This document shows positions 10,572 to 21,808 of a stretch of DNA of 64,000 nucleotides, piece by piece. Position 1 is the stretch's first letter. Each line of letters begins with the position of its first letter. Location: contig OZ251998.1 of the NCBI GenBank assembly GCA_965246985.1, positions 4,874,307 through 4,938,306 on the forward strand, read 5' to 3'. The position numbers and the translations under genes are program-made. A model generated the notes under the pieces. It did no database searches. It saw nothing but the letters and a program-made list of their open reading frames with translations, and had not been told where the DNA came from. This DNA comes from Candidatus Poribacteria bacterium. Lineage in GTDB: Bacteria > Poribacteria > WGA-4E > WGA-3G.

Positions 10572-10920
10572 TTTTTCCCTCCATCTCTCTCGCCATTTTC
10601 AGACGCTGCTTAATCAAGTTAATTTCCTTTTTGGATGTGCTGATACCACGAGTGGATTTCTTCTGAAATGCATGAAGCACATAGATGTTCTCGCCAATCT
10701 TAACAGTATAAACCGCACGGTAGGTGTTCGTATCGTAACGAGCGACGATCTCAAATACGCCTGAACCTACTACCCTTAGCGGTTTTGCATTCTGGTGTTT
10801 ACCTCCGATTTGAGCAATACGTAACGCTTCACCTACTGCTGCTTTAGCGGCTTTAGGGAAACGCCGTAACTGGTTACGAGAATCTCCAACCCACCTCACA
10901 TCTTTCGTCGCTTGATCCAA
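10564..10920 (-). CDS. RelE/ParE (Gp49-like) toxin
   Basis: GVFEI...YRAVY...IYVLHAFQKKS. Confidence 0.85.
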   Translation of the reverse strand: MDQATKDVRWVGDSRNQLRRFPKAAKAAVGEALRIAQIGGKHQNAKPLRVVGSGVFEIVARYDTNTYRAVYTVKIGENIYVLHAFQKKSTRGISTSKKEINLIKQRLKMAREMEGKNE

Positions 10921-10938
10921 AATTCTACCTCTCTGATA

Positions 10939-12504
10939 TTATACTCTATCTTCCAAAATCCTTGCAACATTTTCAGTGATGCGTTCTTCGAGTTGATGTG
11001 CCTCTGCATTTAGGACTTCCAACGCTTCGTTGAGCTCCGTAAATCGCTCGGTGAAGTCGAAATCATCAGCAGCTTGTTCGGCGACTCCGACATAGCGTCC
11101 GGGGTTGAGGCTCCATCCTTGTGCTTCAATTTCGGCTATGGTAGCTACCTTGCAGAGCCCTGGAACATCAATGTATTTGGTATCGGGGAATTTTGTGGCG
11201 AGGAAATCAGCACTGTCGTGTTGATTCTCAGGCGTTTCACCCCGATAGAGTCTGACAATATTGGCAAGGAATTCAAGCTGCAAAGGTGTAAATTCGCGAT
11301 GTGCGCGGCTCACCTGTTGATAGAGATGGCGTGCGTCAATGAATAACACCTTATCGTGTCTATCGCTATTCCGTTTGGATTTATCAAAAAACCAGAGGGT
11401 ACAGGGTAAAGTGACGGTGTAGAAGAAATTTGAGGCGATGCTGACGACGACATCAACCGCCCCCGATTCGATAATTTGGCGGCGAATTTCGAGTTCAGAA
11501 GCGCGGGCATCGGCGGCGGAGTTCGCCATAACAAAACCTGCACGTCCGGATTCGGAGAGGGAACTATAGAACAGTTGAATCCAGAGGTAGTTGGCATTGC
11601 CAACGCGAGGCATGCCGAAAGGAAACCGAGAATCATCTGTGATACGTTCTCTATCGACACGATCAACATTGAAAGGCGGATTCGCCATGACGAAGTCAAA
11701 TCTACCGAGGCAGTTATGCGGATCCGCGTAATAACTATTGGCTTGCTTGACATCGCCTTCAAGCCCATGGACAGCGAGATTCATCTTGCACAACCTGATA
11801 GTTTCGGCGCCGCGTTCTACCCCGTGGATGCTGATGTGTCCGTGGTTTCCATTTTGCTGATGGTTACGAATGAACTCTGCGCTCTGAACAAACATCCCAC
11901 CGGAACCGCAGGCAGGATCAAGGATACGCCCGTGAAAAGGTTGGATAATTTCAACGATGAGTTTGACGAGGGAGGTGGGCGTGAAGAATTCACCACCGCG
12001 CTGTCCTTCGCTCATAGCGAAATTGCCGAGAAAGTACTCATACACCTTCCCGAAAGCATCGCCCTCAATGTCCATAGGGATCTGTTCCATAATACGGAGA
12101 AGTTCAAGGAGCGTGTTCTTTTCAAGGCGGTTGTAAGTCTTCGGTAGAACACCATCAACTTGAGGATTTTCTGCCTCTATTGCCTTCATAGCATCAGTGA
12201 CAGCTTGTCCGATATTTTCGCCCTCTGGCAAACTCAGAAGGTATTGAAAACGTGCTTTCTCTGGCAGGTAAAATACGCCGCGGGCTTGGTATTGCGTTCT
12301 TGGATCAGTTCGTATGCGCGTGCTCGTAGAGGCTTCGCTGCTGATTTCCTGCGCAGCTTGTGTGAATTTATGATCCGCATATCGTAGAAAGATAAGCCCA
12401 AGCACAGGTGTTGAGTACTCTGAGGCTCGAAGACGTGAATTGGCTCTGAGTTCGGCGGCGGCACTCCAGAGTCTATTTTCGATTTCGGTGAGGTTAGTAT
12501 TCAT
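10939..12504 (-). CDS. hsdM: Type I R-M methyltransferase subunit
   Basis: [27 protein letters not shown]. Confidence 0.93.
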   Translation of the reverse strand: MNTNLTEIENRLWSAAAELRANSRLRASEYSTPVLGLIFLRYADHKFTQAAQEISSEASTSTRIRTDPRTQYQARGVFYLPEKARFQYLLSLPEGENIGQAVTDAMKAIEAENPQVDGVLPKTYNRLEKNTLLELLRIMEQIPMDIEGDAFGKVYEYFLGNFAMSEGQRGGEFFTPTSLVKLIVEIIQPFHGRILDPACGSGGMFVQSAEFIRNHQQNGNHGHISIHGVERGAETIRLCKMNLAVHGLEGDVKQANSYYADPHNCLGRFDFVMANPPFNVDRVDRERITDDSRFPFGMPRVGNANYLWIQLFYSSLSESGRAGFVMANSAADARASELEIRRQIIESGAVDVVVSIASNFFYTVTLPCTLWFFDKSKRNSDRHDKVLFIDARHLYQQVSRAHREFTPLQLEFLANIVRLYRGETPENQHDSADFLATKFPDTKYIDVPGLCKVATIAEIEAQGWSLNPGRYVGVAEQAADDFDFTERFTELNEALEVLNAEAHQLEERITENVARILEDRV

Positions 12505-12513
12505 AATAATTTT

Positions 12514-12770
12514 AAGACTTACGCATTATCCATTTTTATAGTAGGAGATTTGAGTTCTTGTTGGAGATACTCAGGAAATATTGCATATTTGACTTGATAA
12601 AGAGTTTTCCCTTTTTCATGTGCCTGACGCATGAGTCGAATCTAAACTAAAAACGCACATGCGATGTGATTGCGAACAATACGCGGGCGACGACATTGGC
12701 ATTTTTCAAGGCCCGTCAACGGTTTCACCTCACGGTGAATTTGAGTAACGTGAAAGCCTTGTTCATTCAA
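12514..12770 (-). pseudogene. IS701-like transposase C-terminal remnant with IS end
   Basis: Minus strand reads CQCRRPRIVRNHIACAFLV*IRL...LYQVK; ends in TGCGTAAGTCT, the same end motif as the MITE at 59841. Confidence 0.6.
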
Positions 12771-13070
12771 AATTAGGTTGGTTGAAGGGCAACATCACAG
12801 TCACCCATATAAGATTTTCCATACACCTGTCGCCCCGCTGGGGCTTTAGAATTTGGTGATAACTGTGTTCTATACACATGCCGCCCCGCTGGGGCTGCTT
12901 TTCCTGAGTCCGAAATGTATTTCCTCCGAGGAGTTCCAAAGAAACTATAGTAAACCCACAATTAACTATACATTGGCAAGGTTAGGAATGCAGCTTGCAT
13001 TTGGGTGCGTCCGCCGCAAAACCTCGCCAGCGGGCTGGTATTTTGTGTATTCTAAAGTGTCCACGTATTT

Positions 13071-14462
13071 CTAAGCGAACCAATAGGAATATAAACTTGC
13101 CTGCTTGAGTTGAAATCGTAGGCGTACCTCTTTCCCCTTGAGTGCTTCTAACGAACCGTTGAACTGAACTGGTGCCTCTAATTGGTTACCAACGATTTGC
13201 TGAGAAGTGTAATCCTCTAAGGGTGTTCCAATATCGTCGGTGATCGCAACAGTGACATAGCCTTGGCTTGCATCAACATTCAGGCGCAATTCCGTGCTCT
13301 TGAGTGTCAACGGTTTTGTCAGCACATATCCCTCCATTTCACCCGCATCAAGCGAGACGAACCCGTCACGCCGTAGCGTCGCCAAGCCGAGCATGGATTT
13401 ATGCTTGCGTTCAACCTGTCTAAATTTTCTACCGGTGTGGGGCCCGTTCACACCGCCGTAATAGAAATAGATATGGTCGTTATGTGTGATGAAATTCTGG
13501 CTGATTCTCGCCATGCCATCTTCCCAACTTCCCAACTCACCAAGTGTCAGAAATGTTTGACGATCCAAAACGCGTTGCCAGTTGATTCCATCACGGCTCG
13601 TTGCGAGTGATGTGTCGATAGTGCCATCGACACCTTCGCGGTAGACCCATATCATACCGAGATAGAGACCTTCGTAGAGATTGATCGGCATGCCGTAAAT
13701 TTGTGTGCCTTCTTCATCTATCTCATCGCATTCAAAGACGCGTTCCGGTTGGCTGAAATGAATCGCGTCGGGACTTTCGGCACGTGCAGTTTTGCGTCCA
13801 CCTGCCCCGAACCGCCCAAAGACAACGTACTTCTGTATTTTCGGATCCCATACCAAGGACTGAGTTGTGTCGCTATCAAGTGGAATAACCGGATTAGATT
13901 CGCAGTTTGTCCAGTGAACACCGTCTGGCGAAAAAGACATCCACATACCGTCTCCTTCACCACGTCCCCAGATTGTGCGTCCTTCGTGCTGAATGAAGGT
14001 GTCGATCCCGCCGTGCTCCCAATAAAAGCCTTTGTAACGGCGAGCGGGGTCGGTTTCGTGTTCGTCGTAGATGATAGCCGCACCTTCGCAGTTTGTGCGT
14101 CCGATGTCAATCAGATTGTTCTCGGTGCTTCCTTCAAAATCGACTTGGTTTAGGATTGGTTTGTCCCAATGTACACCATCTGTCGAAGTCGCATAGCCGA
14201 GGAGTGTTATATTGCCGAGTGCGTTTCGTTGACGGACTTGCACCATGCCATCCACGTAAGGTCCTGTGAGATACCACATTTTGAAGCGCGAATCCTGTGG
14301 ATCGCGAAGCACTGTGCCGTAGAGGGATGTGAGGCTCTCCCATGGATTCTCGCCGCGCAGCACTGGGTTATCGGGATGCCGTTGGGGTTGGTGCATCCGG
14401 CGATATAACCCTTCGATTCGGGTGATATGATGCAGGTCGAGGAAAAGATAACGGTGTTCCAT
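13071..14462 (-). CDS. Beta-propeller glycoside hydrolase-like protein
   Basis: Asp-box-like repeats STDGVHW, SPDGVHW, SRDGINW; LATLRRDGFVS. Confidence 0.7.
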   Translation of the reverse strand: MEHRYLFLDLHHITRIEGLYRRMHQPQRHPDNPVLRGENPWESLTSLYGTVLRDPQDSRFKMWYLTGPYVDGMVQVRQRNALGNITLLGYATSTDGVHWDKPILNQVDFEGSTENNLIDIGRTNCEGAAIIYDEHETDPARRYKGFYWEHGGIDTFIQHEGRTIWGRGEGDGMWMSFSPDGVHWTNCESNPVIPLDSDTTQSLVWDPKIQKYVVFGRFGAGGRKTARAESPDAIHFSQPERVFECDEIDEEGTQIYGMPINLYEGLYLGMIWVYREGVDGTIDTSLATSRDGINWQRVLDRQTFLTLGELGSWEDGMARISQNFITHNDHIYFYYGGVNGPHTGRKFRQVERKHKSMLGLATLRRDGFVSLDAGEMEGYVLTKPLTLKSTELRLNVDASQGYVTVAITDDIGTPLEDYTSQQIVGNQLEAPVQFNGSLEALKGKEVRLRFQLKQASLYSYWFA

Positions 14463-14593
14463 GTGTCAGTTCCTTAGACGCTCCGTGTCCTTTGTGCAGA
14501 CATGTTATCATGGATGCGAATGCAAGTCAACCGTGACGGAAGCATCGGGCAGAGCCATTCAGTTCTCCCATTTTTTTGTCAGGTTTCATCCCA

Positions 14594-14703
14594 GGCCCGG
14601 TAGGTGCGGTTTTGCGGCGTACTCGCCCAAATTTTGCCCATACGCGGCAAAATTTGTCTTTGCTTTACATTTGCGATCTGCATTCCTAACCGAACCTACC
14701 GGG
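14594..14703. repeat. Nested palindrome (CCGGTAGGTGCGG family with inserted loop module)
   Basis: Arms CCCGGTAGGT / ACCTACCGGG; relatives at ~5351, 27410, 27518, 40175, 49250. Confidence 0.7.
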
Positions 14704-14800
14704 TTTGGGGTGAAAATTAGAGCGAATAATAGAAAACTAAATGGCTCTGGCGTATTCCACCCTTTATCTGCTTTTGTTAGTATTGGACTTACCTGTTGGG

Positions 14801-15979
14801 TTACAGCGTGCGTAACTCTTCAAATAGAGCCAGTTGTTGACGGTAATCTGTTGGGAGGGGCCGGATTTCTTGATAACCTTCAAAGAAAATTGTCTGTTCA
14901 GCCTCACTAAAATGGCGTGAAATAGTCAGAATATCTGAGAGATAATAACCAAACCCGAACTGGACCACGTCAATTGGGCACGGTTGTCCGTCCGCGATAA
15001 TGATATTATGGGGTTCCAGATCGGAGTGAATCAGTCCAAAAACGTCTTGTCCTTCCCCGTGTTCTGTGACAAACCGTGAGAAGCGCGAAGAAAGAGAAGA
15101 AAGTTTTGCAAGTTCTTCTGGCGAATAGTCCATATCACTTCCAAGTGCTTTTTCAACTTGGAGAGTAACCCAGTCTATGTGGTACCGGGGACGGGTGAAC
15201 CAGCGTGGTAATTCTAACGTTTGCGACACAGAGTGCATGCGACCCACCATGGTCCCAAGATTCCGAATCAGTTCTGGCGTTTTTTCTGCTGCTGAGAGGG
15301 TGTTAAGCGTCTCACCAGGAATCCAATCGTATACAGTTGCATAGCGCGAGGGTAGGTCATTTGGGGAGATACATTGAATCATTTTCCCATCACGTCCAGC
15401 CACAGGGGAGAGGGTCTTGATTCGTCCCTTGTTCCAAAGAGCCTTTAACCAATAGATTTCAGATCGAATTTTATGGACAGAGGTCCCGGCCCGATGGAGT
15501 CTCAGTGTGAACCGAGCATCCCCAGTATCTACGAAAAACAACATATTAGCAGCATCAAATCCAACACCACTAATTCGGAATGAGACCTCATTGAATCCAT
15601 AGGACATAACAGCCGCTTTTGCATAATGCGAATCGGTGGCAACGTATTGTAACCCACTTCTGTTATAAACTATCAAATAGCCGTTGTCACAAGCATGTTG
15701 TGTTGATTCGGATATAAACATCCGCTGTTCATCATCGAGTGAATCCAAGAAGGCAAGGATGGCGGGGTCAATCTGTGGGTGTGGGTCAAGGATTGCTTCA
15801 AGCCAATACTGTCTACACTTATCATGACAATCAATTCGGTAGACGGGTAGGGACGGATCTCGGTACCAATCCGGTGAATTTTCGATAGCGTATTCAACCT
15901 GAGTGCCACAAAATGGACACGACATTTTCTCTGCCACTGTGGTGTGCCTCCTGTTCACGTTGATTTTGTATGAGGACAA
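14801..15979 (-). CDS. APH/homoserine kinase II-like phosphotransferase with N-terminal Cys-rich extension
   Basis: LIHSDLEPHNII and PID motifs; N-terminal CPFC...CHDKC. Confidence 0.75.
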   Translation of the reverse strand: MSSYKINVNRRHTTVAEKMSCPFCGTQVEYAIENSPDWYRDPSLPVYRIDCHDKCRQYWLEAILDPHPQIDPAILAFLDSLDDEQRMFISESTQHACDNGYLIVYNRSGLQYVATDSHYAKAAVMSYGFNEVSFRISGVGFDAANMLFFVDTGDARFTLRLHRAGTSVHKIRSEIYWLKALWNKGRIKTLSPVAGRDGKMIQCISPNDLPSRYATVYDWIPGETLNTLSAAEKTPELIRNLGTMVGRMHSVSQTLELPRWFTRPRYHIDWVTLQVEKALGSDMDYSPEELAKLSSLSSRFSRFVTEHGEGQDVFGLIHSDLEPHNIIIADGQPCPIDVVQFGFGYYLSDILTISRHFSEAEQTIFFEGYQEIRPLPTDYRQQLALFEELRTL

Positions 15980-16014
15980 CTTGGATTCGTCCGTAAAAAT
16001 ATGATAGCCGATTC

Positions 16015-17289
16015 TCAGGAGTTTTGGTCAAATCGCGGTTCAGCCAATCGGAAGGTCATCAAAAATCCTACCAAAACAAGTACACCGCATCCAATAAAAA
16101 CCGGTTCAAAGGCGAATTCCTCAATTAACGCTCCAATCAGAGGTGAAACGAACAGAGGGATCGCCTGAAAAAGACTCATGACTCCGAGATATTGCGGGTG
16201 TTTCTCCTGTGGTGCGATTTCAAGGGTGTAGTTTGTGACGATGCGTGCCGACACGGGTGTGAATCCCATAAGGGCAAAGATAATCCAATAAAACTGAGCA
16301 CCGGTTGGCATTCGACTAATGCCAACCGCCAACAGTGGCATACAGGCACTGATTAATATCAGGATACGCAAGACGAATCGGTTCCCTAAACGATCTGCGA
16401 CGTTGCCCATGATACCGGCACCGATAGCATTGGATGCATTCTGCGCAATTATCAACGTGGCGAAACCAGAAGGGACGAGTCCTAATGTCCGCTTTCCGAA
16501 AACCGTATAGTGTGGAAAAAGGGGCCAGATCGAATAAAATAGCAGGATAACGATTGCAAATCGCCGAAAATTCCTGTCGTACCGCAACGATAGAAGGGCA
16601 TCACCGAGAAATTTGAAAAAGGGTGCGGTGCCCTCTGGCTGTGAAGGGAGTTCTCTAAACCAGAAACTGACTGCCGCTGCGACACCAAAGAAAACGGCTG
16701 TCGCACCAAAGAGCATCGCATAACGCGGCGTGCTTCCAGAAAACCAACGCGGTAAAAGATAAAAAGCGACTCCGATCGCAAGTGTACAACCGATGATATT
16801 GGAATAGGCGAGTAGCCTGCCCCGTTTTTCGGGACTGATGAGTTTTCCTTGTAACGTTCCGTTCGCCAGATGATTGCAACCGACCGCGAGCCAGTGCAGG
16901 GTACAGAGTGCAAGAAAAACAGGAACGATGACATTCCCTGACCAGCGTGTTAGGCTTAATGTCCCAGACAATACAAACCACGGAATGGCGAAACCGAACC
17001 CTGTGAGAATAAAGAACCCTTGTTTTTTCGGCATTTGCGCGACACGTTGCGCGACCAGAAACTGGGGTAGACTCTGCCCGATTCGCAGAATAAGTGGCAG
17101 CAACCCGCGGATAGTCCCAGACGAGGTATAGACATCAATAAACGCTGGAATGACGACAGACTCGGCTTTGAACATCCAACCGAGACGCATCAGAATCTGG
17201 TTTAGAGCGAAAACAATTAAATTGCGCTTTTCATGCGGATAGGATTCTTCCAAACGGACGTTCGCCTGATCTGACGCGTTTTTATTCAT
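16015..17289 (-). CDS. MFS transporter
   Basis: ~12 hydrophobic segments, GNVADRLGNR loop. Confidence 0.85.
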   Translation of the reverse strand: MNKNASDQANVRLEESYPHEKRNLIVFALNQILMRLGWMFKAESVVIPAFIDVYTSSGTIRGLLPLILRIGQSLPQFLVAQRVAQMPKKQGFFILTGFGFAIPWFVLSGTLSLTRWSGNVIVPVFLALCTLHWLAVGCNHLANGTLQGKLISPEKRGRLLAYSNIIGCTLAIGVAFYLLPRWFSGSTPRYAMLFGATAVFFGVAAAVSFWFRELPSQPEGTAPFFKFLGDALLSLRYDRNFRRFAIVILLFYSIWPLFPHYTVFGKRTLGLVPSGFATLIIAQNASNAIGAGIMGNVADRLGNRFVLRILILISACMPLLAVGISRMPTGAQFYWIIFALMGFTPVSARIVTNYTLEIAPQEKHPQYLGVMSLFQAIPLFVSPLIGALIEEFAFEPVFIGCGVLVLVGFLMTFRLAEPRFDQNS

Positions 17290-17588
17290 TGAAATTCCAT
17301 TCGTCTATTATGGTAAAGCCCACAATTACCTATACACGTAAGGAAAGCGGGGTTACATGAAGTTTCAGTATTTAAATCGGTAATCCCCAGGCCCGGTAGG
17401 GTTTTTGATAGGGTGTTTCTTCGCGGTTTGCAACCGCGCCGGGCATACGCTGAAAACGCTATGGTTATCCTAATGAAATTACCGAATTATTTTTTGAATC
17501 TTCATCAAACCCCGCTAGCGGGAACGGTGTTTCACGGAAAGCGAGGTTACAAACCCCGCCAGCGAAGGAGGGTATTTCAGCATCGGAT

Positions 17589-18407
17589 TTACGGTGTCAG
17601 TGCACCTTCTTCGAGCCGCTGCGCCCCATACCTTTCCAAATCTGTTCGCGCCGCCGCTGCTAAGGTCTCTTGCTCGGAGAGTGCCTCTGCAACCCGATGG
17701 AATCGTTCAACGTCCCTCAATCCCATGATCGTTAGATCTACACTCTTATGGCTGAGCACATACTGGTAGAATTGCTCTGGAGATGGAGCATCAGCATTCC
17801 CAAAAAGTCTGTCATTACGCGAGGCATTCATAATAACAACACCGGTATTGTGTTTGTCGGCAGCGGGGAAAACCGTATCTTCTGGCGTTTTCATCGCACA
17901 ATTATACCAGCAAAGAACGGTGTCGAAGAATCCGGTATCAACGGCGTGTCCTATCTCGACCCAATCGTGTCCAGTAACGCCGATGAAACGAATAAGTCCT
18001 TCATCCCGAGCTTTCTGTGCCATTTCCAATGCGCCATCGGGTGCCAACGCTTGGTCTCGTTCCTCTTGCGTGTTCAGGTGATGCAGTTGATAAATGTCAA
18101 TGTAATCAACGCCAAGCATCTGTAACGATGTCTCAAGTTCTGTCCGTGCGCTTTCTGCATCGCGCTTAGCGGTTTTCGTTGCAAGAATCAGTCTATCGCG
18201 TTGCCCTTTTATGGCAGCCCCAATGACTTTTTCGTCCTCACCATCTCTGTATACCCGCGCTGTATCCATATAGTTAACACCGGCATCAATTGCCTTGCGG
18301 TAACCGTCAACGGATTCACAATACGCGCCGCCGATACCGAGTCGGGTAACTGTCAAACCTGTGCGACCTAAGACTGTTCTCGGAATTTCATAAGTCATGA
18401 TGTTCAC
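17589..18407 (-). CDS. Aldo/keto reductase
   Basis: LGRTGL, DTARVY, LATK, IDIYQLH. Confidence 0.9.
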   Translation of the reverse strand: MNIMTYEIPRTVLGRTGLTVTRLGIGGAYCESVDGYRKAIDAGVNYMDTARVYRDGEDEKVIGAAIKGQRDRLILATKTAKRDAESARTELETSLQMLGVDYIDIYQLHHLNTQEERDQALAPDGALEMAQKARDEGLIRFIGVTGHDWVEIGHAVDTGFFDTVLCWYNCAMKTPEDTVFPAADKHNTGVVIMNASRNDRLFGNADAPSPEQFYQYVLSHKSVDLTIMGLRDVERFHRVAEALSEQETLAAAARTDLERYGAQRLEEGALTP

Positions 18408-18414
18408 CTCTATG

Positions 18415-18500
18415 GCTATCAGCAGTCAGCAATCAGTTTTCAGCGGACTCCGTTTCAGTTTTCTTACTGACGACTGACGGAAACCGATGGCTGACGACTA
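18415..18500. repeat. Degenerate heptamer (CTGAC/GCTGA) tandem repeats in inverted arrangement
   Basis: Same short-repeat type at ~28580, 34540, 35377, 43155, 46045, 56028. Confidence 0.6.
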
Positions 18501-18559
18501 CTTTATCCTTGAATGTTAGGAAGAGTATATGTTATTTTGATACAAAAGTCAAACTTCTC

Positions 18560-20083
18560 TCAAAATGCTGGTGCCATCTCCCACGCTTGAATGGATCGGA
18601 AATGTGCCTGTCCACCACGGCTCACTAATCTCACGCCGGTGCTGTCGGCTCGTGTCGGGTAGACCCGCTGTGTAATGCACTGCCTACCGTTAGCGAACAC
18701 TTCAACCACAGACTTATCAACATAGATACGGAGATGGAGTGTTTCCTTGTCCATCAGCGTGAATGGGGCACACTCAGCATCGACAAACCGCTCTGATTCT
18801 GGCAATCTCTCATTACCACCCGCGCTCCGGTAGCGCGGGTACTGAATAACTTCGTTTAAGGTAGAACGACTGATGTCGATTTTTAAAGTTCCTTCCGCTG
18901 GAACATACATAATCCCGGTGCGTTCAGCCTGATCTGGTGAGCAGAGTACTTGGACACCGACTTCGGTTGCATCGCCGGGATCAATTTCGACAGCCAACTC
19001 AAGACAATTCCCATGAATATCTTCTAAGCTTACCTCGTCATCAGCGTTCAGGGTGATATTTTCACGCGTTTTTGGGTTCATCCGCAGGCATTCCAGCTCT
19101 GGCACGGGTTCAATCTGTAGACTACCATCGGTGGCAAGTGACAGGATTCGTGGTACTGTCATAATGCCTGACCAACCGGAAGCCCGTTCCTGTTCGGTGC
19201 CGCGAATCTCGCGAATCCAATCGAAAAAGATACGGCGACCTTGGGCATCTAACAATGAACGCGGTCCACCGAGCAGCCCGCCTTCCCAACTCATCCGTCC
19301 GTAGCTTTCGACGTGATATTGCTCGTCTTCAAATCGTCCGAGGTAATACTGCGTACCCTGCCAATGGCTACAAAATAGCAACATGTGCTTATCGCCCAAC
19401 GGATAGAAATCGGGGACGGCACAGTCTTCTTCAGCGTCTGTCCACTCGCGCCGTGATTGGTAAAAGGAGCGCACAAATTCCCAGTCTACAAGATTAAACG
19501 ACTTAAACAGAGCAGTTCCATCCCCGATTTGTCTTGGCATCGTGTTCCCAATGAGTGCATAATAGGTATCGCCTTCCACCCAAGCACACGGGTCATATAC
19601 GATATAGTCGCCATGTCCTTTCTCACCCGGTTTTGGTACCGGAATTACTGGATTGGCTGGATGCTTGTCCCACGTAATGAGCAGATCATCATCACTCGTT
19701 GCGATACACGTGCCATCGGGGATTCCATGATAGATGAACGTTGGGATGCCTTCACGACTCACGAAGGCACCGCCGCTAAAGCAACCGCCGCGGTCTGGTC
19801 CGTCAAGGTCAGGCGTTAAAGCGATTGGGTGATGTACCCAATGCACCATATCAACGCTTGACGCGTGTCCCCATTGCATCCACTTCCAATAGCCACCTTC
19901 GGGATTGTGCTGATAGAAGATATGGTATCGCCCTTTCCAAAAGATGGAACCGTTAATATCGTTCATCCAGCCGAATGGCGGTGTGAAGTGATAGCGCGGT
20001 CGATAAGGATCGTCTTCAAACATCGTGCCGAGCACTCGTGCGGCATGAATAAGTGCTTCTGTTTTTTCGATGGTTGTGTTCAT
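18560..20083 (-). CDS. GH32 glycoside hydrolase
   Basis: WMNDING, WGHASS, FSGG, YDP, DKSVVEVF. Confidence 0.9.
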   Translation of the reverse strand: MNTTIEKTEALIHAARVLGTMFEDDPYRPRYHFTPPFGWMNDINGSIFWKGRYHIFYQHNPEGGYWKWMQWGHASSVDMVHWVHHPIALTPDLDGPDRGGCFSGGAFVSREGIPTFIYHGIPDGTCIATSDDDLLITWDKHPANPVIPVPKPGEKGHGDYIVYDPCAWVEGDTYYALIGNTMPRQIGDGTALFKSFNLVDWEFVRSFYQSRREWTDAEEDCAVPDFYPLGDKHMLLFCSHWQGTQYYLGRFEDEQYHVESYGRMSWEGGLLGGPRSLLDAQGRRIFFDWIREIRGTEQERASGWSGIMTVPRILSLATDGSLQIEPVPELECLRMNPKTRENITLNADDEVSLEDIHGNCLELAVEIDPGDATEVGVQVLCSPDQAERTGIMYVPAEGTLKIDISRSTLNEVIQYPRYRSAGGNERLPESERFVDAECAPFTLMDKETLHLRIYVDKSVVEVFANGRQCITQRVYPTRADSTGVRLVSRGGQAHFRSIQAWEMAPAF

Positions 20084-20190
20084 AGTTTTGGTATTCCTTG
20101 CTGAGAATTAAGCGACTTGTTGTTGATAGGAAAATGCAGCTTCCCTGGTCCGAAAAATTGTAAAAAGCGAATTATCAAGCAGCCCAATGC

Positions 20191-20580
20191 CTAAGTTATC
20201 CAAAAGAGGTAGACGAATACGAGCACTATCCACACCCATGCGACCGTTTTCGTCATGACACTTTTCCATCCCTTTGTTGTGAAATAATAGGCAATGTGAT
20301 TAAATAGGAGCATTAAGCCGACCATGAGACCACCGTAGTTATCATAACCAAAATTGCGAAACTTGAAGAGGATAAAGACGCTCCAAGCAAGAAGGGCGAG
20401 AATGAACGCGAGTAAACCGTATTTCCAGAGGTAACTTGATGTAAATCCGGTTTTTGCTGATGTCTCTTTTGAATCTTTAGGAGTATTCGGGTAGATTTCG
20501 CCAAGCGTTTGTTGCCGTTCTTATTCGTCTTTAATTTTTGTCTCAAGATCCTGCTTTTCAGTGTCGGATAACTGCTTCAT
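20191..20580 (-). pseudogene. Small membrane protein paralogue with a premature stop
   Basis: MKQLSDTEKQDLETKIKDE*ER...LWKYG...TKGWKS; homologous to 21390-21803; single TAA at codon 20. Confidence 0.8.
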
Positions 20581-20641
20581 GAAACACTACCTCTTTTGCT
20601 AATCTTGCTAAAATTAGGTGTCAATCTTCGCGATTCTAATC

Positions 20642-21358
20642 CTATTTGTGCCTCAAGCATGACCAAACATCATGTAAATTTGAGATTGAGTCGTCTGGTC
20701 GTTCGTCCGCTATTTTCGGTATCAGGACATCTGATTTTCGGTTGATGAAGATGCTTATCATGCCTGCCCGGTTGGCACCAACGATGTCATTTTGAATGGT
20801 ATCACCGACGTACACTGCCTCTTTCGGTAAAACATCAGCACGCTCACAAGCCACTTTGAAGATTTCAAGGTTCGGTTTTCTGACACCTATTTCACCAGAA
20901 ATTGTCAATGACTGAATACGTTCGCTGAGTCCAAGATGTTGGACTTTAGACAGTTGGCTGTCGGTATGTTCATCGTGCGCACCATTTGTAATGATACCGA
21001 CATGATATGCGTGCAATTCCTCAAGCACTGGAACATCGTCGTAAAGACGCAAACTTGTGAGGTAACGCGAACAGAAAAAGTCGCTTAGTTCTTCTGTAAT
21101 TTCACCTGTGGGCAAATCCAGTTCTTTGAATAAACACGGGAAGCGTGAATCTCTCACTTCTACTATGGAAATTTTCCCCGCGTCGAGTTGCTGGAAGAGT
21201 CTCTGATGAACTGTTCTCCATGCGTTTGTAATAGCCTCTTCTGAAATACTTGGCTTCTGCTTGCATAACAGTTGAAATGTTTCTCTTACCGCGATGCTCC
21301 ATGCTGCATCAGAGTCGCAGAGTGTGCCATCAAGGTCAAAGAATACTGCCTTAATCAT
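20642..21358 (-). CDS. HAD hydrolase
   Basis: DLDGTL, ITNG, KP, VGDT..NDI. Confidence 0.9.
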   Translation of the reverse strand: MIKAVFFDLDGTLCDSDAAWSIAVRETFQLLCKQKPSISEEAITNAWRTVHQRLFQQLDAGKISIVEVRDSRFPCLFKELDLPTGEITEELSDFFCSRYLTSLRLYDDVPVLEELHAYHVGIITNGAHDEHTDSQLSKVQHLGLSERIQSLTISGEIGVRKPNLEIFKVACERADVLPKEAVYVGDTIQNDIVGANRAGMISIFINRKSDVLIPKIADERPDDSISNLHDVWSCLRHK

Positions 21359-21389
21359 TTTTTCTCAGATGTTTTAAAATAGCGATCCA

Positions 21390-21803
21390 TCAAGCTTTCC
21401 AAGAGATGTATAGGTAAATGAACACCAATACCATCCAAGCCCAAGCAACCGTTTTCATCACACGACTTTTCCACCCTGTTTTTGTGAAGTTAAAAGCAAT
21501 GTGAATGAATAGTAGCGTTAACGCAATCAGAAGGTTGAGATTGATATTCCTGTTAGAACCAAAATCGCCCCATCTGAAAAATTGAAACACGTTGAAGGCA
21601 AATAGACAAAGAATAATCCCGAGAAAACCGTATTTCCAGAGTTGCCTTGGCACAAACTTCCGGGCAATCCCTGTTTTTGCTGATGCCGCTTCAAAAGTTT
21701 CGGGTAGGTCGGAATTCGATTCTCGAAGTGCCTGCTGGCGTTCCTTTTCTTCTTGAATTTTCGCCTCAAGCTCTCGTTTTTCAGCGTCGGTTAATTGCTT
21801 CAC
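21390..21803 (-). CDS. Hypothetical three-TM membrane protein
   Basis: Charged N-terminus, three hydrophobic segments, paralogue nearby. Confidence 0.7.
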   Translation of the reverse strand: MKQLTDAEKRELEAKIQEEKERQQALRESNSDLPETFEAASAKTGIARKFVPRQLWKYGFLGIILCLFAFNVFQFFRWGDFGSNRNINLNLLIALTLLFIHIAFNFTKTGWKSRVMKTVAWAWMVLVFIYLYISWKA

Positions 21804-21808
21804 GAAAA

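Noticed and set aside
11476-12147. Long antisense ORFs (also 37258-37998, 4565-5071, 56060-56626, 58062-58631)
   Set aside because: Shadows of well-supported genes on the opposite strand.
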